A DNA stretch of 64,000 nucleotides from Candidatus Omnitrophota bacterium. GTDB taxonomy: Bacteria; Omnitrophota; Omnitrophia; Omnitrophales; Aquincolibacteriaceae. Shown here piece by piece: positions 45,918-54,318 of the stretch. The stretch spans positions 66,005-130,004 of the forward strand of contig JAYTHE010000032.1 of the NCBI GenBank assembly GCA_043732705.1, given 5' to 3'. Both the position numbers and the translations under genes were made by a program. How positions within the stretch are numbered: position 1 is the first letter of the stretch; every line of letters begins with the position of its first letter. The notes below the pieces were generated by a model that saw only the letters and a program-made list of their open reading frames with translations, was not told the origin of the DNA and did not search any database.

Positions 45918-48779
45918 GTGCCAAAGCAGAGTTCTTTTTTAAATCGTCTCCGTTTGAGTAACCTTCTTATTCCTCGGAAGCTGGGCCTGATTGTGGCTAT
46001 TTTTTCGCTTATCATTTGCGCCCTGCTTTCAGTCAATCTCTTTGGAATGGGGGTTCTCTCCGATGTTCGTGCTTATGTTGCCGGTGAAGGAATATGGTCA
46101 AAATCACAAAAAGAAGCCGTTTATGCATTGATGCGGTATGTGATTTTTTATCAGGAAAAAGATTATCAGAATTATTTGGACCATCTCAAAGTTCCTCTGG
46201 GGGACCGTAAAGCCTTAATCGAGCTTTCAAAGCCCAACCCTGACTTTCTCGTTGTGGATGCCGGCTTTATTGAAGGTCAAAATCATCCGCGTGATGTGCG
46301 TGGCATGGGGTATTTATTTAAGCGTTTTTATTTTATTTCTTATATTCGTGATGCCATTCAAGCCTGGAAAGAAGCGGATCAGCTGCTGAATGAATTGATT
46401 CGAGCGGGAGAAGAAGTCAGGAAATATGTCCGGTCCGGAAATGTCACTGAAGAGAAAACGACGCAGTTTTTAGAACGCATAGATAAAATCAATAATACCT
46501 TGGCGCCGCTTGAAGATTCATTTTCTTATCGGTTAGGGGAAGGTGCACGGTGGCTTGTCAGCCTGTTGGTTTGTGTGATGTTCGGGGTTACAGGTATACT
46601 GTTGATTCTAGGAATTATTATCGCAAATTTTATTGCGCGCCAGCTGATCCAGGAAATATACCGGCTTAGAAACGCGGCGGCCAAAATTGCCGAGGGGGAT
46701 TACAGTCAGCCGATAGAAAATCACACCTTGGATGAAGTCGGGGACCTTGCCCGGAGCTTTCAGCAAATGGCGGCTCAGCGACAACACGCGGAAAGAGTTA
46801 AAAATGAATTTTTTGCGACCGTTTCTCATGAACTTCGTACGCCCTTAACATTAGTGCTGACACCGCTTGAATCGCTTTTAATGGGCGAATATGGCCCGTT
46901 ATCGGAACCCGCGCAGCGGATTTTGGGAACGATGCACAATAACGCGATACGACTGCTTCAGATGGTGACCGGGCTGCTTGATTTCTCAAAATTTGAAGCC
47001 GGGCGGATGGAAGTTAAGCGTGAAGATACCGATATCATCGGGGTTACGCAGTCGATTCTCGATGATTTTACGGCCATTGTCAGCCAGAAAAAAATAAAAG
47101 TTCGGCTGAGCGCAAATCAGCCCTCTATTTCGGTTCTTATGGATCGTTATTTTTACGAGCGAATTTTATTTAATCTTCTTTCCAATGCGGTTAAATTTAC
47201 ACCCGAAGAAGGTGAAATTTCTGTTGCGCTTGAACTGCGCGGTGAATATTTGCGCTTGGTGGTTTGTGATACTGGCATTGGCATCTCGGAAGAAAATCAA
47301 AAAATCCTGTTTGAAAAATTTAAACAGCTTGAAGGCGCATCAACACGGCGCTTTGAAGGAACTGGCCTGGGGCTTGCTTTAGTCAAAGAATTTTCCGAAC
47401 TTCTTGGCGGACAGGTTTTGGTTCACAGCGAAGCCGGAAAAGGATCGACATTTACCGTGGAGTGTTTTGCCCCGGCCGCAGCGTCTGTGGCAAAGATCGA
47501 AACTGTGCGTCCCAAAAGAAAACTGGTTCAGCAATTTCCGGTGAATACGGAGTTATCACTCATTTCCGATTCAGTTGATAGGAAGGAATTACCCAAACTT
47601 CTGATTGCTGAAGATAATCCCGAGCTGGCGTTTTATTTGTCCGAGCAGATGCAGGATATTGCGCGCTTAAAAATCGCGAAAGACGGGGAAGAAGCATTGA
47701 AGCTTGCCGAAGAATGGCTGCCTGATCTTGTTCTTTCTGATGTCATGATGCCCAAATTAGACGGAATCGCCCTATGCCGGGCGATTAAAAGCCATCCGAA
47801 AATGGCTTACATTCCGGTTATTTTGCTGACCGCATTGACTTACCGGGATGCTCTTTTAAAAGGATGGGAAGCGGGCGCGGACGAGTATTTGTTTAAACCT
47901 TTTCACCCCACTGAACTTTTAACACGGGTTAAATCCGTGCTTGAAAATTGCAAAGAGCGCCGTGAAACACAAATTGCGCTTAAAGAGTCACACGACCAGC
48001 TTGAAGTCAAAGTCCGCGAGAGAACCGAGGAGCTTCTCGGGGCGAATGAGCGTTTAAAAGAGCTGGATGAATTAAAAACACAATTTATTTTGACCGCGTC
48101 GCATGAGCTCAGGACTCCGCTAACGTCGATTAAGGGCTATGTTGAAATGGTTTTGTACGGTGAGGCGGGCGCGCTCAATGACGAACAAAAAGAGTTTTTG
48201 GGATATGTCAAGGACTCCACCGACCGTTTGCAGCGTTTACTGCGCGAACTTTTGGATATTTCAAAAATAGAATCCGGCGGAGTAGCCATGCATCGGGAAT
48301 TTACTGATATGCGGATTTTAATTAAAGAAGAGCAGGCTCTTTTTAAAGCGCAGGCGCTGGATAAAAAAATTCAGATTCTGATGGATGTTGATCCGGAGTT
48401 AAAGTTTATTTTTTGTGATTCGGATAAAATTCGCGAGGTTTTGGATAATTTGCTCAGCAATGCCATAAAATATACACCCGCAAAAGGGCAAATTAAAATT
48501 TTCGCGCAAAACCAGGAGCATGGAATTTTAATTGGTGTTCAGGATAATGGCATTGGAATTAAAAAGAAAGACCACCGCCTGATTTTTGAACCTTTTCAAC
48601 ATTTGGGAAAGAATGGAACGAATGCCTCAGAGGAAAGTACGGGTTTGGGTTTAACGCTTGTTGAAAAAATTGTTGAAGCGCATGGCGGGCAAGTTCAGGT
48701 CCAAAGCGAAGAGGGTCAAGGCGCGCTTTTTACTGTAAACTTACCTTTCGATATGAATGAAAAAAAACAACCGGAGTAA
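45918..48779 (+). CDS. Hybrid histidine kinase, TM-HAMP-HisKA-HATPase-REC-HisKA-HATPase
   Basis: Two SHELRTPL H-boxes, two N/G-box sets and a central receiver (AEDN, SDVMMP, KPF); start uncertain (45879 or 45918). Confidence 0.92.
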   Translation: MPKQSSFLNRLRLSNLLIPRKLGLIVAIFSLIICALLSVNLFGMGVLSDVRAYVAGEGIWSKSQKEAVYALMRYVIFYQEKDYQNYLDHLKVPLGDRKALIELSKPNPDFLVVDAGFIEGQNHPRDVRGMGYLFKRFYFISYIRDAIQAWKEADQLLNELIRAGEEVRKYVRSGNVTEEKTTQFLERIDKINNTLAPLEDSFSYRLGEGARWLVSLLVCVMFGVTGILLILGIIIANFIARQLIQEIYRLRNAAAKIAEGDYSQPIENHTLDEVGDLARSFQQMAAQRQHAERVKNEFFATVSHELRTPLTLVLTPLESLLMGEYGPLSEPAQRILGTMHNNAIRLLQMVTGLLDFSKFEAGRMEVKREDTDIIGVTQSILDDFTAIVSQKKIKVRLSANQPSISVLMDRYFYERILFNLLSNAVKFTPEEGEISVALELRGEYLRLVVCDTGIGISEENQKILFEKFKQLEGASTRRFEGTGLGLALVKEFSELLGGQVLVHSEAGKGSTFTVECFAPAAASVAKIETVRPKRKLVQQFPVNTELSLISDSVDRKELPKLLIAEDNPELAFYLSEQMQDIARLKIAKDGEEALKLAEEWLPDLVLSDVMMPKLDGIALCRAIKSHPKMAYIPVILLTALTYRDALLKGWEAGADEYLFKPFHPTELLTRVKSVLENCKERRETQIALKESHDQLEVKVRERTEELLGANERLKELDELKTQFILTASHELRTPLTSIKGYVEMVLYGEAGALNDEQKEFLGYVKDSTDRLQRLLRELLDISKIESGGVAMHREFTDMRILIKEEQALFKAQALDKKIQILMDVDPELKFIFCDSDKIREVLDNLLSNAIKYTPAKGQIKIFAQNQEHGILIGVQDNGIGIKKKDHRLIFEPFQHLGKNGTNASEESTGLGLTLVEKIVEAHGGQVQVQSEEGQGALFTVNLPFDMNEKKQPE

Positions 48780-48790
48780 TCAATAAAGTT

Positions 48791-50149
48791 ATGAATAAAA
48801 CTGTTCTTGTTGTGGATGATGACAGTCGAATCGCGAATCTCATTTCGACTCGCTTAAAGAAGCAAGGATATTTGCCCGTGATTGTTGAAGATGGCAACAG
48901 CGCGATTGAATGGGTCGAGCGTAATGAAGCGGCATTGATTATGTTGGATGTCCGGCTTCCAGATATTAACGGTGTTGATGTGTTAAGACAAATCATCAAA
49001 AAGAAACCGGGTCTATTTGTAATTATGATTAGTGCGCATGCGGACGTTCAAAACGCGGTGGAATGTATCAAAATCGGAGCCACGGACTTTCTTGAAAAGC
49101 CGTTTGAATTTCCTACCTTTGACGCAAAAGTGAAGCAGATTTTTCAGCAGCTGGGATTAAAGGCCGAGGTTGCCGCTTTAAAACAGGAATTAGGAATTAC
49201 TTATAAAGATAAAAGTTTAATCGGAAAAAGCCCCGCGATGATTAAGGTTTTTCAATCGATTGGCATCGCGGCAAAAAGTGAAGCCAGTGTCTTGATTCAC
49301 GGAGAAAGCGGAACAGGAAAAGAGCTTGTTTCAAGAGCAATTCATTTTAACGGGACACAAAAACAGGGCCCTTTTATGGCGGTGAATTGCGGAGCCATTC
49401 CGGAAAACCTTCTTGAAAGTGAATTATTTGGACATGAGAAGGGATCTTTTACGGGCGCGGTAGGCCGTAAGCTGGGAAAATTCGAGGAAGCGCAAAACGG
49501 AACTATATTTTTAGATGAAATCGGGGAAATGCCACTGTCATTGCAGGTTAAATTGCTGCGGGTGCTGCAAGAGCGAGAAATCGTCCGCGTGGGCGGAACG
49601 GTCTCCATTCCCATTCATGCCCGCTTTATTACGGCGACAAACCGCGATTTAAAGAAAATGGTGCAAGAAGGGTTGTTCCGCGAAGATCTTTATTACCGGA
49701 TCAATGTATTTCCGATTCGTTTGCCGCCCTTACGCGAAAGAAAAGAGGATATTACAGATCTTTTCCGCCACTTCGTAAACCGGCATAGCGAAGGCAAAGC
49801 GTCGGTTAAGACAGATGAAGGCGCGTTAAGAAGACTGGAAGAGTATGACTGGCCCGGAAATATCCGCGAGCTAGAAAATTTTGTCGAACGTCTTTTGCTT
49901 TTATTGGGAGAAAAAAATCACATTACCGAAAAAGATATCGATGCTATGGATGGATTAAGCGATGCTCCTGCTTCAGAAAAAGCCGAAGCGCCTAAAGAAA
50001 GAGCTCAGGTGTTGGGCGAGACGGAGCGGGCAATTCTTGAAAAGGCATTGCAAGACGCCAATGGTAATATTGCTAAGGCTTCTAAGCTTGTTCAGATGAG
50101 CCGTGATTCTTTTTATCGGAAGATGAAAAAATATTCAATTGCCCGGTAA
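48791..50149 (+). CDS. NtrC-family sigma-54-dependent response regulator
   Basis: Receiver domain, GESGTGKE, ELFGHEKGSFTGA, FLDEIG, WPGNIREL and C-terminal HTH. Confidence 0.96.
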   Translation: MNKTVLVVDDDSRIANLISTRLKKQGYLPVIVEDGNSAIEWVERNEAALIMLDVRLPDINGVDVLRQIIKKKPGLFVIMISAHADVQNAVECIKIGATDFLEKPFEFPTFDAKVKQIFQQLGLKAEVAALKQELGITYKDKSLIGKSPAMIKVFQSIGIAAKSEASVLIHGESGTGKELVSRAIHFNGTQKQGPFMAVNCGAIPENLLESELFGHEKGSFTGAVGRKLGKFEEAQNGTIFLDEIGEMPLSLQVKLLRVLQEREIVRVGGTVSIPIHARFITATNRDLKKMVQEGLFREDLYYRINVFPIRLPPLRERKEDITDLFRHFVNRHSEGKASVKTDEGALRRLEEYDWPGNIRELENFVERLLLLLGEKNHITEKDIDAMDGLSDAPASEKAEAPKERAQVLGETERAILEKALQDANGNIAKASKLVQMSRDSFYRKMKKYSIAR

Positions 50150-50399
50150 GTCTTATAACAAGAACGGCTGTTATCTCCATTTGTGCTTAAAACGCGCTAT
50201 GCGATGCGTTAAAGTCCGCTATTGCTAAGCTGGATGGGGCCGCGCTGAATTTTCCAGCCTGCATGGCTTCCCAAGGCTTTTCCTTCCTAGTCCGACAATT
50301 GCAAAAAACCGTCAGAGCCCTCTGACACTATTTTCTTAATTGAGATTTTTTCAAAAGACGTTTTTTTCTTAAGTTGTTTATCTGTATGAAGATATGACT

Positions 50400-50417
50400 T
50401 TGGCATGCGCCGTGGAT
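50400..50417 (+). promoter_or_regulatory. Degenerate sigma-54-type promoter
   Basis: tTGGCATgcgccgtGGat has a good -24 but GG instead of GC at -12; CGTCA-N8-TGACA at 50310-50327. Confidence 0.4.
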
Positions 50418-50467
50418 ATACAGAGTCAACGGAATGAAATACGTGAGGGAAAAAGGAGGGCTTGTTT

Positions 50468-51049
50468 ATGGAAAAGAGTCATTACGAACAAATCAAAAAT
50501 AATAATAATTTCAATTCATCGACGAGGGGATCCAAACGCAGACCACCGATGCAAAGTGAGTTTGATGAGCCTAAATTATCCTATTGCGATGTCCCTCAGC
50601 CGGCTGTAAGTGCTTGCGGGATAGCTCAATCGACAAATGCGCAAGCCTGTGATCAAACAGCTTATTCACGCTCGCAAGGAACTTCTGATCAGACTTTTAA
50701 AAATAAAAAAGATCAGAAAGACGCTGTGTCCCGTGAAGACTGGGAAGGCGGCGGGTCGCGTCCCGCGGCAGCATTCTCAGACGAAATGTTTCCCCATAAT
50801 AACCCTGCAAATGACTTACAGACACAAGCTGACAGTGTTCCAAAAGCTAAATATGGCGACTTTGGGCCGCCTAAAAATCTTCAATCGCTTCCGACCCAAA
50901 ATACGCATGAGCTGGCTGCGGAAGAGGAGCTTGATGATGAAGTGCGTGTAAAAGCAGCGAAGAACTCCGGAGAAGAAGTCCATTGGAACGAAAGAGCGGA
51001 CCGCCTTAAAAAGCGGGGAGAAGATTATAGAGGGCGTCGCAGTGCTTAG
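50468..51049 (+). CDS. Hydrophilic, probably disordered protein, paralog of 38358-38699
   Basis: RBS aaggagg; SREDWEGGGSRP and GPPKNLQSLPTQNTH. Confidence 0.75.
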   Translation: MEKSHYEQIKNNNNFNSSTRGSKRRPPMQSEFDEPKLSYCDVPQPAVSACGIAQSTNAQACDQTAYSRSQGTSDQTFKNKKDQKDAVSREDWEGGGSRPAAAFSDEMFPHNNPANDLQTQADSVPKAKYGDFGPPKNLQSLPTQNTHELAAEEELDDEVRVKAAKNSGEEVHWNERADRLKKRGEDYRGRRSA

Positions 51050-51155
51050 CATTACGTCCTCGGCGGAGAGTCAAGCTCCGCGTCAACCGAAGGAGATGGC
51101 GGGCTTCAAAAGCAGTAGTCCCGCCGCTCTTCTCGGAATAGTTAAGGAGGCTGTT

Positions 51156-51545
51156 ATGAATGAACGGATTTTAGTCATCGAAAACAGAGGGCCTAGCTAT
51201 CAAATTTTGAAGGATAAGTTGGAAGAAAAAGGCTGCGTTGTTTTAACGGCTCAAAACGAACACGAGTTTTGGGGGCATGCTTGCGAGACGAATGTTGAAT
51301 TAGTTCTTTTTGATATTTGCCTCAAGAACCGGCTCAGTTCCGAGGTTTACGCGGCAATTTTAAACTTTCAACAAAGCCGAAAAATCCCGGTCATTTTTAA
51401 GACCGGGATGACTGACCAGGACGAACACGGAGCCATGCTGTATGACGAGAACTATATTTTTTTTCCGGAACCGGTTGGTTTTGAGCGTCTCTATGTAGAA
51501 ATACAAAAACTACTTAATCAAAGACAGCTGGCCCATGCTGCCTAA
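51156..51545 (+). CDS. Atypical single-domain receiver protein
   Basis: RBS aaggagg; ILVIEN and LFDIC; conserved KP replaced by EP. Confidence 0.78.
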   Translation: MNERILVIENRGPSYQILKDKLEEKGCVVLTAQNEHEFWGHACETNVELVLFDICLKNRLSSEVYAAILNFQQSRKIPVIFKTGMTDQDEHGAMLYDENYIFFPEPVGFERLYVEIQKLLNQRQLAHAA

Positions 51546-51557
51546 GAGAAGGAAACA

Positions 51558-52043
51558 ATGAAAAAAATTTTAGTGGTGGATGATGAATGGGCCATTCTTG
51601 AACTTTTACGGATCAAACTTACAAAAAAGGGGTTTGATGTGATTACCGCGAGCAATGAAAAAGAGTTTTTTGAACAGGTTTTTGAAAATAAACCGGATTT
51701 GATTATTTTGGATATTTGGCTCGGGAACGAAGGCGGCGGAACGAAGCTTTATGACGTGGCGCTTGACGGAGGGCTTGATCCGGATGTTCCGGTTATTTTT
51801 ATGAGCGCACTTGTAGAAGAAGGTACGCCGCCCAAAAGAGCGTCCAAGGGAGGGCGTTTTGCTCTGTACGGCAAACCATTCGATTTTAATTTTTTGTTGG
51901 AAGACATTTATTGTTTAACGGGGGTTGAGTCGGGGTTGAATTCGGCGGAAGTTGACAGAGATAGGATTGGGAAGGCTGCAAATTTAGGGAAATATAAAAG
52001 TGGGTCGAATGGCGGGCCAGCCCCGCAGCTAAAAACCGGATAA
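51558..52043 (+). CDS. Single-domain response regulator with C-terminal tail
   Basis: ILVVDDE, ILDIW, MSA and KPF motifs. Confidence 0.88.
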   Translation: MKKILVVDDEWAILELLRIKLTKKGFDVITASNEKEFFEQVFENKPDLIILDIWLGNEGGGTKLYDVALDGGLDPDVPVIFMSALVEEGTPPKRASKGGRFALYGKPFDFNFLLEDIYCLTGVESGLNSAEVDRDRIGKAANLGKYKSGSNGGPAPQLKTG

Positions 52044-52154
52044 GGAAATGAAAGCAGATCAGGGAAATTTGCATATGTCAACTTAACGAGATTAAGGAGG
52101 AAGCAAAAATGAAATACTTAAAACTAAAAAAAAGAATGGGATTCTATTACAGTC

Positions 52155-52391
52155 ATGGCTTTTGTGATTGCCGTGAGCGTGCTAAGTGGTTGCGCAAGCC
52201 ATTCTAAAATTGTTCATACCGAAACGGTAAGCAATCCGCCGGCACAGACTGTAGTTGTGGAGCAACAAACAACCAAAACAACGGCAGAGAGCCACGACTC
52301 CGGAATTTTAGGTGGAGCTTTCCATGTCGTCGGGGAAGTTTTGGCATTTCCGTTTGTCGTTATCGCAGATGTTTTTCGTTTCATCTTTTAA
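52155..52391 (+). CDS. Small lipoprotein; true start may be 52109 across an A8 frameshift
   Basis: Lipobox LSGC; C-terminal GILGGAFHVVGEVLAFPF. Confidence 0.7.
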   Translation: MAFVIAVSVLSGCASHSKIVHTETVSNPPAQTVVVEQQTTKTTAESHDSGILGGAFHVVGEVLAFPFVVIADVFRFIF

Positions 52392-52411
52392 CAGATAAAA
52401 AGGAGTTATTT

Positions 52412-52645
52412 ATGAAAACTTACGCATCTTTAGGGCTTTTGATCGCAGCGATTGCTTTTTCAGGGTGCAGCGGAGCTTTTTGGGGTGGAACGGCAGCCGG
52501 AGCAGCAGGCGGAGCGGCCGGTTATGAAGTCAATTCCAAAGTGCAAATGGACCGCTTGAATAAGGATCTTGCCGCGGGACGTATCAATCAACAGGAATAT
52601 GACATTCGCAAAGATCAAATTCAACGGGGTTCGGTTTTCTATTAA
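52412..52645 (+). CDS. Small lipoprotein, paralog of 38822-39058
   Basis: FSGCSGAFWGG..AG.AGGAAGYEVN.K.QMD.L.KDLAAG.INQ.EYDIR. Confidence 0.85.
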   Translation: MKTYASLGLLIAAIAFSGCSGAFWGGTAAGAAGGAAGYEVNSKVQMDRLNKDLAAGRINQQEYDIRKDQIQRGSVFY

Positions 52646-52693
52646 TCGCTTTATTCGGTAACAGAACGTTGAAAGCAAAGGAGGCTGGTTACG

Positions 52694-52867
52694 TTGAATT
52701 GGGCAATTAGTTTTTTGATTATCGCATTGGTTGCTGCGATTTTAGGATTTGGAGGTATTGCCGCAACTGCTGTGGATATGGCGAAGGTCGTATTCGTAGT
52801 TTTTCTGGTGCTGGCATTGCTTTCAGGTTTGATCGGCATTTTCCAGGGTAAGGGGCCGCGGGTTTAA
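52694..52867 (+). CDS. DUF1328 (UPF0391) small membrane protein (not in ORF track)
   Basis: [40 protein letters not shown]; start is TTG 52694 or ACG 52691. Confidence 0.88.
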   Translation: MNWAISFLIIALVAAILGFGGIAATAVDMAKVVFVVFLVLALLSGLIGIFQGKGPRV

Positions 52868-52898
52868 ATAAAAAAGAAGAAACAAACAAGGAGGAGTT

Positions 52899-53240
52899 AT
52901 GCAGACACACACTAAGGTAAATGAGAAAAAAGACAAAATTCATGATGCTCTTGAGCTGCTTAATGATGCGGCAAAAGAGAAAAAGGATGAAGTTTTTGAA
53001 GTGATCAACACTAAGTATGAACATGTCCGGGATATGTTCGCAGGCGCTGCCGAAAACGGACAGGCCATTGCAAAGGAAGCCAAGAAGCAGCTTTCAAAAA
53101 CGCTTCAAACGGAAAAGATAAAAATTAAACAAGTCGCGGGCGATCTGAATAAGAAAGTTCACAGAAGCCCATGGGCCTATTTAGGCGGCGCGGCATTAAG
53201 TTCTTTTGTCGTTGGAATTTTACTGGCGCGCAAAAAATGA
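52899..53240 (+). CDS. DUF883/ElaB/YqjD-like tail-anchored protein
   Basis: Helical hydrophilic body, then VHRSPWAYLGGAA...GILLARKK. Confidence 0.82.
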   Translation: MQTHTKVNEKKDKIHDALELLNDAAKEKKDEVFEVINTKYEHVRDMFAGAAENGQAIAKEAKKQLSKTLQTEKIKIKQVAGDLNKKVHRSPWAYLGGAALSSFVVGILLARKK

Positions 53241-53383
53241 TTCCGACTTATATTGTGGCGCTGCTGGCGGACCTGGCTTTTTTGTTATGGCTCGCCAGCG
53301 GCTTAGCATTCAATTGGTTTGAAGATTTCCTGGGCTCGTCGGAAACGAAAGGAGCTTTTTATGAAAGCGAATCTGGATCTTAA
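53237..53383 (+). CDS. Putative small membrane protein
   Basis: ATGA overlap with the upstream stop; MIPTYIVALLADLAFLLWLASG. Confidence 0.4.
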   Translation: MIPTYIVALLADLAFLLWLASGLAFNWFEDFLGSSETKGAFYESESGS

Positions 53384-53459
53384 CTGCGTCTCTATTTTTT
53401 TGGCAAGGCGAGGGGGATGTTGGTTTTTGATTTTCTGAAAAGCAAAATAAAGGGGATTT

Positions 53460-53585
53460 ATGAATAAACTTATAAAAAAATCACAAAGTGAAAAGGGCGG
53501 ATTAAGAGGCGGGATTTTACTATGGCTGATTGGCGTGCCGTTGCCGCTCATTCTTTTGTTTTCACTTTTACGCGGTTGCCACTAA
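53460..53585 (+). CDS. Small membrane protein (41 aa; not in ORF track)
   Basis: MNKLIKKSQSEKGGLRGGILLWLIGVPLPLILLFSLLRGCH; RBS agggga. Confidence 0.75.
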   Translation: MNKLIKKSQSEKGGLRGGILLWLIGVPLPLILLFSLLRGCH

Positions 53586-53603
53586 GCGGAGAAGCGGTGA
53601 TCT

Positions 53604-53777
53604 ATGTATGGAGTCATCGGAACCTTGGTTTTAATTCTGGATGTCGCTGTGATCGTCGATTGCCTGCAGTCGCCTATGAGCGCAGCAGAAAAATGCCTTT
53701 GGATCTTTTTGGTTCTGTTTTTGCCTGTCTTAGGCATGCTGCTTTACTTCTTATTGGCGAAACGACCTATTTTATAA
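53604..53777 (+). CDS. Stand-alone PLDc_N-domain membrane protein (57 aa; not in ORF track)
   Basis: ILDV..I.DCLQS....EKCLWIFLVLFLPVLGMLLYFLL. Confidence 0.82.
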   Translation: MYGVIGTLVLILDVAVIVDCLQSPMSAAEKCLWIFLVLFLPVLGMLLYFLLAKRPIL

Positions 53778-53838
53778 CGAAAAGAACAGGAAGAATAAAA
53801 AGATGGGCACAGCCAGGATCGAGTCACTTCTTCGGTGC

Positions 53839-53883
53839 TGGGGTAAATGCCCCATATGAACGAAGTCAGTGGAAGGTTAAGCT
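53839..53883 (+). promoter_or_regulatory. 17-bp box plus -10 element
   Basis: tggggtaaatgccccat, 22 nt, TAAGCT. Confidence 0.5.
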
Positions 53884-53952
53884 TGCGTTTACGAAATAAG
53901 GGCTTTTTTGAGGTGAATCACGGAAATTTTAAATAAAAAAGGAAAACATAAT

Positions 53953-54294
53953 ATGACAACTCATTCGAAAGAAAATGAAAAGAAAGACAAAATTCACGAG
54001 GCATTGGAATTGTTGAATGAAGCCGCCAAAGAAAAAAAAGACGAGGTGTATGGCGTGATTAATTCCAAATATGAGCATCTTCGTGAAATGTTTGCCGGCG
54101 CGGTTGAGACAGGGCAGGACTTTGCGGACGACGCGAAGAAAAATATTTCCAAAACACTTTCAGCGGAAGAGAAGAAATTGAAACAAATCGCCGCTCAATG
54201 GGATAAGGAAGTTCGTAAAAATCCTTGGACTTATATCGGCGGAGCGGCGCTTGGCTCGCTTTGTTTGGGGCTTTTACTGGGCCGGAAGAAATAG
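53953..54294 (+). CDS. DUF883/ElaB/YqjD-like protein, paralog of 52899-53240
   Basis: NEKKDKIH.ALELLN.AAKEKKDEV shared with the paralog; VRKNPW..IGGAA. Confidence 0.82.
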   Translation: MTTHSKENEKKDKIHEALELLNEAAKEKKDEVYGVINSKYEHLREMFAGAVETGQDFADDAKKNISKTLSAEEKKLKQIAAQWDKEVRKNPWTYIGGAALGSLCLGLLLGRKK

Positions 54295-54318
54295 TAAGCA
54301 GTCAACTTGCTAAAAAGG

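Noticed and set aside
53522-53899. 125-aa ORF from the track
   Set aside because: Overlaps two better-supported small genes in other frames (53460-53585 and 53604-53777) and a promoter box.
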